Source of the DNA: an uncultured Gammaproteobacteria bacterium
GTDB lineage: Bacteria; Pseudomonadota; Gammaproteobacteria; JAURND01
Assembly (NCBI GenBank): GCA_963714975.1
Contig: CAVQQD010000002.1
Coordinates: forward strand, 1,120,001 to 1,184,000
Length of the DNA stretch: 64,000 nt
Direction of reading: 5' to 3'
The translations under genes and the position numbers were made by a program. Below, piece after piece: positions 50,901-62,553 of this stretch (within the stretch, counting starts at the first letter, position 1; every line of letters begins with the position of its first letter). A model generated the notes under the pieces. That model had not been told where the DNA came from. It was given only the letters and a program-made list of their open reading frames with translations, and made no database searches.

Positions 50901-53900
50901 GCGTTTTTTTCTTTCAACAAAAAATTTTGATAGCTTTCTTGATGCTCTATTCCCGACAAATACTGACTCCAAAATTGTCGAGCTCGTTCTTTTGGTTGTA
51001 ATTGTAACCAATGCACATAGGATGAAAAAGGAAGTGCCGGCGTTAATTTTAGCGTTTGTTGCTGCTGAAAACGGTGATAAATGGAATCCAATTCCTGCAT
51101 AAACAGAGAAAAAGACCAACCATCTAATAAAATATGATGAGTGGTTATCACCAAAATCCCTTGTCCTGGTCTGAGGTGAATCCAAGTTACACGAAGCAAG
51201 GACACTTCATCAAGAGCAAATCCTGCCTCTCGGTCGGCTAGGAGGAATTCTTGTAACGCTGTTTGTTGTTCTTTTCTAGAAACTCTTTCCCAGTGGTACT
51301 GATGCCAATGCAAATTACCTTTCGGTTCGGCCACTTGCAAAGGTTCACCACCTTGTTTCCACACAAAGCGGGTGCGCAGTATGTCATGGCGTGAAATCAA
51401 ATATTCAAACGATTGTTGTAGAATCGAAAGATTAATCGAAGCATCTAAAGTCCAATAAAATTGCACCACATAAGCGCTGGCATTCGGTGTAGATAATGCA
51501 TGGTAGAGCAAACCCTTTTGTAGCGGTGTGAGTGGATACCGCTGAGGGAAACTATTAGCTAGTTTATGAACTTGTTCTCTAATGCAGCTCAAAGATTGCT
51601 CTGGTTGGATCATCTGCAATAAATTTTTAAGATCAGCAAGAAAACGCTGCGCTAGTTTTGCGATGGTTGTGCGTCGATGAAAGTTGCGACTATAAGTCCA
51701 ACTCAACTCTAGCTGCTTATTTTTAATCACGGCATCGATAGTAATTAAATAGGGACGAATATTTTTGGGATGTGATAGCAATTTTAACTCGCCTATACTA
51801 AAGAAATTTTGTGCAAAGGCTTGATCCAATTGTCCCCAATAATTAAAAGCGATTTGTGATTGTTGATCTGCCGTACAGTCCGTCGTCTTGACAAAACGCC
51901 GTAAACCATAACTAATGCCATGGCGTGGTACCGCTTGCAATTGCTGCTGGACTGATTGGATGATTTCGAGTAGCGATAAATTTTTATTACAGCTTAATCG
52001 CAGAGGAAATACACTAGTAAACCAACCAAGAGTAGCAGATAAATTAATTTCCGTGGTTAATTCTTCACGACCGTGGCGTTCAATATCCAACGTGATGCAA
52101 TCTGTTTGACACCAGCGCATAAGGGATTTTGCCAACAAGGCAATTAGAATTTCATCGGTATTTAAGTGATGCGTTTTCGAAAATGTGCGCAGTAAGCTTT
52201 GAGTTTCTTCCACGGCTAATGTTACAGTGACATATTCAGCGGATTTTTCTATGTTAGTACCTTGTTGGTGATCAATAGGAATGGGCGTAAATGAATCAAC
52301 TCCTTGCCAATAGCCTTGCTCTTCTTTAAATTGCGAAGAAACTACATAGTTTTCAAGCGCGTAAACCCACTGTTGATAGGAAGTACTATTAGCAAATTTC
52401 TGCCAGTTAGTACCCCCCTCCTTCAATCCTGCATATAAACTTTGCAATTCATCTAAGAAAATTTGCCAAGAAACGCCATCCATAATCAAATGATGAGCCA
52501 CCAAAAGTAAATGGGTAATTTGCCCTTGCTGACGCACTAAGGCTACCTTGAGTAGATAGCCTGTCTCAAAATTAAAATTCTGGGCCACATTCATCGCCCA
52601 TTCATTCACAAAATCCTGAATTGGAACCAATCGGCTATCGATGACTGGAAAATCCGTACATAAGTCATGAACCTTATCGGCATAATATTGCTGCCAATTT
52701 CCTTGCTCCTTTTTAAATTGGAGGCGAAAAATTTCATGCCATTCAATAACTTCCCGCAAACAGCAAAGCAATAATTCTAAATCAACAGATTTTTGAAATT
52801 CTAACCAACAAATTTGGACAAATTGCTGCGGATGAGTGAATGATTGTTCAAAGAACCAGCGCTGAATCGGTGTTAAAGCAAAATTTTGGGCTAATGGCGC
52901 AGTTGGTTTTGTGGCGGTTTTTTCATGTAATCTTTTAACCAATTTTTTTATGGTGGATGCTTCAAATACATCTCGCACAGAACATTGCAAGCCTAATGCA
53001 TTGATTTTGGAAACCAAATGCATTGCTAAAATCGAGTCACCTCCCAGGAAAAAAAAGTCATCCTCTACACTGAGTGAATCAACCCCCAGTATTTTTTGGA
53101 AAATTTCTAGGAGTAATGTTTCTTTGGCTGACATAGGTCCTTGAACTGCTTGTTCATTAATGAGAGATGGTTTTTTGAGCAGTAAATTTTTATCAATTTT
53201 TCCATTAACAGTTCTTGGAAATCGAGCAACTTCAATTATTTTTGAGGGAACACTGTAACGAGCTAGCTGTTTTTTTAGAAAATGACTAAACTTCGCGATA
53301 TCGATTTTATTGCAGTTATTTTTCTTGATAAAAAAGAGTTTAATTTGGCTTTTTTCGGCTGTGGTATCTAGGCAAGCCACAGCTTGTAAAATATTCGGAT
53401 AAGCTACTGCTATTTGTTCTAATTCACTCAACTCTACCCGACAACCTAAAATTTTAATTTGTTCATCCATTCGGCCCATATATTCGAGATTACCATCCGG
53501 CAACCAACGAGCTAAGTCACCCGTTTTATACACTATCTGAGAGACCTCTTTGGTTCCATGCTCCAAAGACCAAGGTATAAATTTACTGTTAGTAAGGGCA
53601 TCTCGATTTAAGTATCCTTTTGCCAAACCATGTCCTGTGACGTACAACTCTCCAGTTATACCCATTGGTAAAGGTTGCATGTTATCATCTAAAATAAAAA
53701 TTTTAGTATTCGCAATCGGTTTACCAATAGTTATTTTGCTAATACTTGCACCCAAGGTTGCCATCGTGGCGCAGATCGTAATTTCGGTGGGCCCATAAGC
53801 ATTAACAAAAAGGGGAACGTTGACCCACTGCTTTACTATCGCCCTAGAACATGATTCACCCGCTGAAATAATTATCCGCAAATGGGAGGTAGAAGGTGGT

Positions 53901-55269
53901 GGAGTTATCGCTAGTATAGAAGGCACTAAAGTAGTGATAGTAATTTTATTTTTTTCTAGAAAATGCGTAAGTTTACTGCCTGGTAACAAATTTTCTTTCC
54001 TGGCCAGATATAAGGTTGCTCCTGCAAATAGACAGGGAAATATCTCCCACACAGAAGCATCAAAACTAAGGGTGGAAAAATTTAAGATTCTATCAGAGTG
54101 ATTAATGGCAAATTTTCGTAACTTTGCCAAGACCGTATTCACCACCGCCTGATGTTTAATAAGAACCCCTTTGGGTTTTCCCGTAGTACCTGAGGTGTAA
54201 ATGACATAAGCCAATTGAGAAGAGTCAAAATTTAAGCTAATAAATTCTTTGTTACGAATTTTGATATTTTTAATTTTATCAACCGTGATAATAGCGCCAT
54301 CTGTAATAGTATGTATTTTCTTAGCAAGACGAGATTGAGTAAGCACAAACAAAGCTCGACAATCCTCGAAAATGAACTTTATTCTCGCTCTTGGATACTC
54401 AGGATCAATCGGTACATAAACACCTCCAGCTTTTAAAATCCCCAAAATCCCAATAATCATTTCGATGCTGCGTTCCATGCAAATTGCGACTAAAGTTTCA
54501 GCTACCACCCCTTGTTGACTTAAGTAATGCGCAAGTTGATTGGCTTGTTGATTAAGCTCACGATAGGTGAGCGATTGATTTTCAAAACAAACGGCGATTT
54601 TATTGGGATGTTTTTGAACCTGTTCTTCAAATAATTGCGGAATAGTTTTATCGCGTGGATAGTCTGTTTCAGTTTGATTCCAATCAATTAAGATTTGCTG
54701 CTGTTCTTGGGGTGTAAGTAGCACTAAATCGGCAATGGGAGTTTCTGGTTGCGTGGTAATGGCGGTTAGCAAGGTTTCTAAATGGCCGGGCATTTGTTGC
54801 AGAATAGTTTTCAAATAGAGTTCTTGTGCTACGCAATTTTGATCGACATACCAAGACAAACTAGAATCCTTGGCAGATATTACCAACACTAAAGCGGCAC
54901 GAGATTTTTGTAGCTGTTCGATTTCTCGCATAACAACGGCAGTAAATACCGTTTCTTTGACTTCGGTTAAATTCGGATAACGATAAAATATATCGGGTAA
55001 ATAACTGCCTTTTTGTTGCATAGCAAGTAACTCAGCTTGTAATTGGGTCACAACTTGGCCGAAGTGTAATCCGTTTTGCAAGGCAGTGAAATACGGTAGT
55101 TCTAAATTTTGATCAGGTAATTGCAGCAGCACCCCTACTTTGGGTTGGTTGCCGAGACGATAGAGGTAGACGATCCAGAGGGCTAACAGCAAGGTGTTGA
55201 AATCATGAGTAGGGTAATGTTGGTGTAATAATTTTTGTAAAGGGGTGGGGAGGGTCCATTGTTGTAAAT

Positions 55270-55708
55270 ACCCCCTCTCCCTAACCCTCTCCCACCTTCC
55301 CTCGCTAACGCTCGGGCGGGGGAGAGGGGACTGGAGACTTCCTTCTCCCCTTGTGGGAGAAGGTGCCCCTTCGACAGGCTCAGGGTAGGCTGGCGGATGA
55401 GGGGTGAATTCTGAGGGTTCTCCCCTCATCCGGCCTGCGGCCACCTTCTCCCACAAGGGGAGAAGGAATGAGGACTTATTTTCGAGGTGATTAAAATTCA
55501 GGAAGGGAATTTTGGCAGGCTCTATGGATTGCCATTGGGAAACCCAGTAGGCTTCATCGCCTCCTTCGCTCCAGCATAATCCTTCGACCTTATTCCTTCT
55601 CCCCTTGTGGGAGAAGGTGGCCGCAGGCCGGATGAGGGGTGAACCATCCAAGCTCTCCCTAACCCTCTCCCACCTTCCCTCGCTGACGCTCGGGCGGGGA
55701 GAGGGGAT
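55270..55708. repeat. Cluster of about five REP-like units inserted in the NRPS
   Basis: CCCTCTCCCTAACCCTCTCCCACC.., CCTTCTCCCCTTGTGGGAGAAGG.. and CCCCTCATCCGGCCTGCGGCCACC.. units. Confidence 0.9.
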
Positions 55709-55883
55709 AAAGACACTGCATCACCTTCTAAGGTACAAATCTGCCGAATAGCAATGTCGCAAGTAGCGGTCGCAATGCGCCAATAGTCCGCAGTAACAGC
55801 AACTATGGTTCCAGGAGCTTCAGTCGATAGCTCCGGTAATAGCTCTAATTGGGTGATAATGAATTCATCTTCCCAGCTTCCTT

Positions 55884-55940
55884 GCTGGGATGACGGTTCC
55901 TCCTGCTGGAACGACGGTTCGCCCAGCTGGGATGACGACA
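55884..55940. repeat. Three ~21-nt GCTGGGATGACG-type tandem repeats in frame in the formyltransferase region
   Basis: Encodes SSQLGEP SFQQEEP SSQQGS. Confidence 0.75.
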
Positions 55941-56699
55941 ACTTAAATTTCGGGCAAGTAAAGCGATTAGGATAGGAGCCAAATTGAGTAGCCCGAAATA
56001 ATCGCTCAATAGCTTCGGCACTGGCATTCCAATCAATCCACCCATTACCAGCAGGTTTTTGATGGAGACCAAAATAGGTACGTTGACTTAAATCTTGGGG
56101 TTGGCGCTGGTAATCATGATTGACTAAGGATTTCACTAACTCAGAGAAGCTTTGCAGTGCCGCTTCGTAGCATTTGAGATTTAAGCTTAGTGCAGTTTCA
56201 TCTTCAGTAATCGGCACCATCACTTGCTGCAAAATATCACCGGCATCGACGGTTTCAATGGCCACATGCCAGGTGATGCCATGGGTCTTTTCTTGATTTA
56301 AGATCGCCCAGGAAGTGGCCTGAACTCCGGCATATCGCGGTAAAGGGGCATCATGAAAATTAATCGCCAATTGCCGAGGCAGATTGAGTATCGCCGCAGG
56401 CAAAATTTGCGAATTAACAATACTAAATAAATAATCAAAAGGAGTCTTGTTGAGTGCTTCTTGGGTGGCTGCTAATGATGCGTAGTGAGGAATTCCCTGT
56501 TGCAAGGCCCATAGTTCTGCGGCTTCATATGCAGAGATAATGCCTAGTATTTGCTGTCCTTGTTGTTGGATAATTTTGGCACATTCCAGATGGAGATTAT
56601 CCTCTCCAATGATAAAACAAGTGAAAATAGGGGACATAGGGTTGAAATGACTTCACGTTGGGTTTTTAAATTTTCCCTCCTCATAAATTCCTAACAAAT

Positions 56700-56860
56700 T
56701 TGTCATTCTAAGCGAAGCGAAAGACCTCCCCCCTGACCTCCTAGTCCTTACAGGACTAATTTGTCAGGAACAAAACTGTCACATCCCTGTGGGTGGATCC
56801 TGACCTCCTTGCCAGGACGACGCTTACTAGGAGGCCCTTCGGTTCGCTCAGAATAACAAT
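56700..56860. repeat. REP pair with nested hairpins upstream of the NRPS
   Basis: TGTCATTCTAAGCGAAGCGAAAGACCTCC / GGAGGCCCTTCGGTTCGCTCAGAATAACA. Confidence 0.75.
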
Positions 56861-57943
56861 AGGTTGGCCCTGTCGCACTTGCGGTGCTGCCCAACCACGA
56901 TGACAGTCTACTAGCTTAAGGAAAAATTAACAAGTGTAGCAAAAGATTTATAAAAGAAGCGGAAATGGAAAGCAGAGGGGTGATGGGCCACTTGAGAATA
57001 GATCAGTTGGATGAGAAGTCAAAATCTAAGATAAGCCGCCCTTAAGAAAAATTTGCATTTCAGTCAAAGTCAATGAATAATAGCAAACCTCGGGGGCTTG
57101 CGCCTCCGAGGCCGCGCCAAAAGAATGTTGATAGCATTCTTGAGGCACTTCCATAATCAATTAACCTAATACGAGGTTAACCGAAGATGGCCCAGAAAGC
57201 TTACTTCATTGCGTGTTCGTGTAAAACTCTTTTTTCGATGTTGCCCACATTTTTTTACCTGGATTCTCCTAGGCGAATTGTTCACGCCTGGGAAAATTCG
57301 CTTGCATCCCATGGAATTTCCTCGACTGTCTTCGGTGGATTATGGGCTTGGGGTGCTAAGTTACCGGTTTTTTGGTGGCCAACATCGATGCAGAGAGGGG
57401 TAAGCAAGTAAGAGAGGAACGGTATGGCGGGGTGATTTATATCGCCTCGCCATCCTAAAATCTTCTGCTTGCCTACCCTGGTTCGATGCTTTTTTCGCAT
57501 CCACCCAGGAACGCGCCGATGACTCCGAAAAAAATCAAACCCGTTTTCAAATACGAACAAACTAACGCGCCAATTCCGTTCGATCAGGCGCATTGTTTAC
57601 TGACGATTAGCGTCGGCCAAGAAGTGCATGAAGGCGAGCCATTCGCAGCGACCGTAGCTTTGGTGCGTCAGCAATTTGCGCGATGCACTCTGCTGATTGA
57701 CGATACCCTGCAGCGCCACACCCTGGCATTATTGCACCCTGAACGCCGGGCGGAAGATTTTTTAGCCAGCGCACAACAAGAAGGCGAAGCGTGGTTAGCA
57801 CGCAATCACTCTACTTATCAGCATTTACCACAGCTTAAAATAGTCCAGTGGGATGATTGGTTAAACCATCCGCGTTATCCCGCCACCTTTCGACGCGTTA
57901 ACTATTTAGTGACTCAACACTCCGCTTACCAACACGCTATCAA

Positions 57944-59655
57944 CCTAAAAACGGCAGTTGAAGGACTTCCTAACCGATAAAACTCTGATCAAATATCTTC
58001 CAACAAAGTACCTTTTTTTCAATTTTATGTGGGTGCTGATAAACCAAGTGGTGGCTGCAGCGACTTTCCATTTAAATATTTTCCTACTGCTTGGCTCAAA
58101 ATTCGATACCAACATTGATCATGTGTTAACTGCTCCGCATCTTTTTTTAATCCTTTAAAAAATTTCACCACGCGGCTTAATAACATTTGAACTTTATTAA
58201 TATTTCCATGCGTGCTGCTGATAACAATGTGTGTTTGTCTTGCATGGACAGTTTGTTTTGCCATAGCATGCAATAATAAGGGACGACTCGTAATAGCTTC
58301 TAAATGTTTGTCAGGTTCTGCCAGGCGAGCAAATATATTCCACCAATTATAAATAAGAGCAACCACGCGCGACATAAAGCGGCAACGCTTCATGTCTTGG
58401 GTTGTAAACCCGCTCCAACCCCATTGATTTTTCAATTCATCAAATATATTTTCACTGTCCGCACGATCGCGATAATGTTGCGCAATAGTCAGTATTTCAT
58501 CCGGTAATGAAGTAACTAATACAGCGTATTCATAAACATAGGTTTTATCATCAACCTCACCAAAACATATCTCTAATTGTTTTGTTCCTGCATGTTGTGA
58601 AATAAGCATTAAATTTTTTTGTATTTTTTTTCTCAACACGATGACTCGACGCGATCTTTCCCAACCATCTAATTTCAATAAGGCATCAGTCCCTTCCCAG
58701 CCCTGATCAGCAAAATACCAATCTTGACGAACCATTTTTACTTCTTCTATTAAACGCTTTACATTCTTCGTTGATTTCAATTTAAATAAATAGGGTATTT
58801 GCTTTTCTTCAGCAATTTTCATCACACCATCTGTACCAAAAGCACAATCACCTCGCAAAAATTGAGGCCACTGTGCACGCGGAATACGATCTAATAATTC
58901 CCATAAATCAGGCGCCGAATAACTGGATGCCATTTGATTACCAGGCTGTACTTCAACATCCAGTACTAAACGTAAATTGGCGATAAAATAGGAATGATAG
59001 GTATGAGAAGGGCGGCCAGGTTTTGTTGGATTATAACCCAATACAGCTCCTTCCTGTTTTCCATAAAGTACTTTAACTGTGGTATCAACATCTAATATCC
59101 ATGGCACACTCAGCAATGGCACATAACATTTATTTAAATGTTTTTGTAGCCATACTATTCCAGCTTCTTCTTCCATTTTTACAAAAGCACGCCGGAGTGA
59201 ATCTTCACTCACTATTTTTTTCATACCCAATAAATCTGGATTTACTCCATCACAACGCAATGTAGTGATATGAGCATAGCGACTATGACCTGCTAAAACA
59301 GCTAATAACAGCGTACCTAAAATGTCACGATTTGAAGGAGCGTTGGGACTTACTAATTGCAATGGACAATCTTCAACCCAAGGGTCAAATAAATTTCCAA
59401 TCTTTAAAAATTCAATAAAAAATGCCAATTGTCCTAGCGGAGTTACAGCAGCTTGAGGATCCCATTCCACATAGATGCGACCACCAAAAGTATCTAGGGC
59501 TAATGAGACATTTTTGGCTAATAAATTTTCTTCTTTTAAGTCTTCTGGCAGTTCACCCGTTGGGTGAAGAGGAGCCGGAGGTAGTTTCATGCGATTTCCC
59601 CTGTAATTTTGTTATAAGGGTCGCATTATCTCATAGTTCAACTGCTTTTTTTAGG
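57944..59655 (-). mobile_element. IS1380-family insertion sequence, 1712 bp
   Basis: TIRs CCTAAAAACGGCAGTTGAA / TTCAACTGCTTTTTTTAGG; 5-bp TSD ATCAA at 57939-57943 and 59656-59660. Confidence 0.9.
58025..59590 (-). CDS. IS1380-family DDE transposase
   Basis: LDVDTT..LYGKQEGA..GYNP, LRGDCAF, YRDRADSENIFDELK. Confidence 0.9.
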   Translation of the reverse strand: MKLPPAPLHPTGELPEDLKEENLLAKNVSLALDTFGGRIYVEWDPQAAVTPLGQLAFFIEFLKIGNLFDPWVEDCPLQLVSPNAPSNRDILGTLLLAVLAGHSRYAHITTLRCDGVNPDLLGMKKIVSEDSLRRAFVKMEEEAGIVWLQKHLNKCYVPLLSVPWILDVDTTVKVLYGKQEGAVLGYNPTKPGRPSHTYHSYFIANLRLVLDVEVQPGNQMASSYSAPDLWELLDRIPRAQWPQFLRGDCAFGTDGVMKIAEEKQIPYLFKLKSTKNVKRLIEEVKMVRQDWYFADQGWEGTDALLKLDGWERSRRVIVLRKKIQKNLMLISQHAGTKQLEICFGEVDDKTYVYEYAVLVTSLPDEILTIAQHYRDRADSENIFDELKNQWGWSGFTTQDMKRCRFMSRVVALIYNWWNIFARLAEPDKHLEAITSRPLLLHAMAKQTVHARQTHIVISSTHGNINKVQMLLSRVVKFFKGLKKDAEQLTHDQCWYRILSQAVGKYLNGKSLQPPLGLSAPT

Positions 59656-59990
59656 ATCAAGCTAACCATTAGCACTTTTTTACAGCGTTACACTCAACGT
59701 CTGTCCCCTGAAATATTGAGACAATTTAATTACGCCCGTGCCCAGGAATTATGCCGGAATTATGTCCTGGAAGAATGCACCGCGCTTTGTTTATGGCCGG
59801 AATTGCAGTGCCATTATGAGGTCTACCCCAGCCCACACAATGCCGCGATGACTTATACGCATCAACAATTTCTGCTCCCGCGCTATCCCGATTTATTACA
59901 CCCGATCTCGATTAAGTTTAAGCAGCGCAAGCAGTTCAAGCCGCAGCGCTTTGACTGCTTACCGCCCACTCAAGCAGAAGGAGTGATGAA

Positions 59991-61171
59991 ATGACCCTCA
60001 ATTTATTTTATATTCCCGAAATTATTTTTAGCTCGGCGCTTTTTATCAATGCCCTGCTGTTTATTCCACAATTTATCAAAATCCTCAAAGAAAAAACTGC
60101 CCAGGAAGTTTCCTTGCTGACCTTCGTCGGCTTTTGGCTAATTCAAGCCACCATTGTCTGGCACGGTTTTTTGCAGAGGGATTGGTGGTTGGTGTGGGGT
60201 TATATCTTCAGCATGTTCACCTGTGGCGCAGTGATTGTGGGCATTATTTTATATCGACAGCGTCCGCCCCCTGCCTCGCTGCAGGACCAATACGAATTAC
60301 TCGACAATTTATTAGCGATCCTGCCAGAGCATTTGTATTGGATCGATCGCAAGGGGCGGTATTTAGGTTGCAATAATCAGCAAGCCGAATCCGCAGGCCT
60401 GGCTTCGCGTGAAGACATTGTGGGCAAGCGCAATAGCGATTTGCCCTGGAATATCAATGCCGGGCAATTACCCGAAACTTTAGATGCACTCCATCAAAAA
60501 ATCATGTGCACCGGTGAGGCACAGGTTGTCGAAGAACCAGCGGTGTTGCCCAATGGCCGCGAAGCAATTTTTCTCTCTCACAAAGTGCCGCTACATCGTC
60601 GCGGTCAAATTGTGGGGATGGCCGGTGTTTCGATTGATATTACCCGCCCGCATTGAAGCCGAAAAGGCGTTGCTGCAAGCCTTGCAAGCCAAAGACGATT
60701 TTCTGCACAATATCAGTCACGATTTGCGTACTCCGTTTTGTGGTCTGGTGACCATGACGGAATCACTGGCATTAAATGAGGAAAATCCAGAACGGAAAAT
60801 GGGACTGCAATGCATCATGGATTCGGCCGAAGCCTTACTCACTCATCTCAATGAAATTTTAGACTATGTGCGCTCCACAGCCGGCACCCCGGTGAGCCAA
60901 GTGGCTTTTGATTTACCGGCCCTGGTGCAAACCACCTATGCCATGTTGGCTCCAACCGCCCAAGCCAAGCAATTACATTTTACCTGGGAAGTGACCCAAT
61001 CCCTGCCCACCAGTGTTTGTGGTGATCGGCTGCGCACCCAGCAAATTTTGTTACATGTTCTTGCCAATGCAATCAAATTCACACCCAAAGGCTTTGTGCG
61101 CTTGCAAACCGCGGTTGAATCTGAACAAGAACACCACTGGTTAATTCGCTTCACCGTAAGCGACAGCGGCA
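59991..61171 (+). pseudogene. PQ-loop (SemiSWEET-like) 3-TM / PAS / HisKA / HATPase sensor kinase, frameshifted at ~60645 and 3'-truncated
   Basis: LFIPQFIKI, LYWIDRKGRYLGCN, NISHDLRTP, NAIKFT, VSDSG then break; ATGA overlap with the CDPS stop. Confidence 0.85.
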
Positions 61172-61772
61172 GAGGAAGTTATTGTCGAAATTACGCGACA
61201 ATAAAAAAACAGCTGGGCATCTGCTATTTGGCTTGATTATTTTTTCTATGGTTACAGAAGGTAGTTTACAATTTACTCACTCGGGTAATATTTTTGGGCT
61301 AGAACCTCAAGCCGAGATATATTTAGCAATTGCTTTGTGTAGTACAGCTGTTTTAGCCCTCATGATCAAAAAAGCAGTGACTGGCAATGTATTCTGCTTT
61401 ACTTCAGAAGCAGGAGAAATTGCTGATACGCTGTATGCATTAAAAGGCAGTTGACATCCTCGCCCTGAAGGGCGAGGATTTCTACTGCTTTTAACCATCA
61501 CCCCAAACCTGCACGATTCCTGCACGATACTTCTATTTAATGATCAATTTCCAAACGGTGTTTCGAGCTTTTCCTTGTTGCTCCAATAAACCAAAAGATT
61601 GTAAAACCGTTAAATCAGCTTTAATAGTCCTAAGGCTTAATTTTTCCCCTAAACGATTATAAATTTCTTGAGCATTTAAAGCTTCTCCATAAGCAAGAAT
61701 CTCCAATATTTTTTGCTGTCTATCGGTTAAAGTAATATTTTCTTGCTTCTCAATTGATATTATTGGAGGCTT
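61172..61772 (+). repeat. 601-bp direct repeat, copy 2
   Basis: See 46235-46835. Confidence 0.95.
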
Positions 61773-61958
61773 AATGCTTTTGGGAAATCGAAATATGACT
61801 TTAAATTCGGATGTGGATGGGAGTGAGACATATTTAGTTGTTTGGATTTGCTCCGTAGGGTCCCGGGATCAAAATATTGGCTCTTTAAGGCTTGGGCCAT
61901 CACGAAATTAAATTCCGTCAATTCTTTGACTAAATGTTCCATTTCTTCGGCGGATTCA

Positions 61959-62258
61959 TTACTGGGTAAGGGCTTGGGGTAATTCGCTTTGACAACATGG
62001 ACCAAGCGCGGCCGACAAGGCTTGCAGTTCCTCGGTCCCGGTAATGCCACGCACGATATCGCCAATGGCGGGAAAAAAGCGCCCACGCTCCTCCGGGCTG
62101 GTAAGGTGCTGATAAATCGCCTGCTCTACAGCAGCAATGTCGTATTTTTGTAAGGTGATCCAGTACAGTTCACTGACCTCTTCGGTTAACGGCCACCGAT
62201 AGTGATCCCCTAAAATTTTGAGCAACTTGGCAAAGCGCAGCATGTCCTGAGTATTCAT
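61959..62258 (-). pseudogene. Phage replication-module gene remnant (helicase loader/inhibitor-like)
   Basis: YWITLQKYDIAAVEQAI..HL...GRFFPAIGDI pattern; degenerates at the 3' end. Confidence 0.55.
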
Positions 62259-62430
62259 GGGCGGACTCCTAGCTGCTCCGCTTTGGTGTTTAACCAATTC
62301 TGCAGGGTCGCGGCATTGCCCTGCGCCTTTTGTTGGAAAGTCGCGCAAAACTCGCGCAAGCGATTTTGGTGTTACACAAAACGAAAGGGGATAGTTCGAT
62401 ATAACTGATTGATTTTAAATGAATTTTAGC

Positions 62431-62507
<77 letters not shown>

Positions 62508-62553
62508 ATTGGGGCTGAAGGTCTCAAAGTATAGTTAGTCATTGATTAGCTGT

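Larger units (their letters stand above)
48095..56637 (-). pseudogene. NRPS: formyltransferase-(C-like linker)-A-T-E-C-A-T-TE, three frameshifts, TE truncated
   Basis: INFHDAPLPRYAG (F), YTSGTTGKPKG, GGDS (T1), HHLIMDGVSW (E), HHILLDGWS (C), YTSGSTGDPKG, GGNS (T2), LFLIHPIGG (TE, ends before GxSxG). Shifts at ~55600-55700, ~48835 and ~48402. Confidence 0.9.
57519..59994 (+). pseudogene. tRNA-dependent cyclodipeptide synthase (XYP subfamily) split by an IS; 252 aa when rejoined
   Basis: ISVGQEVHEG (catalytic Ser), DDTLQRH, WDDWL, YVLEE, VYP; 57519-57943 plus 59661-59994 join in frame (HAIK/LTI). Confidence 0.85.

Noticed and set aside
55270-55940. Clustered repeats as a CRISPR array
   Set aside because: Mixed orientation and families, no regular spacers, no cas genes.
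59422-59655. N-terminal part of ORF 59422-59994
   Set aside because: IS sequence; only 59661 onward belongs to the CDPS.
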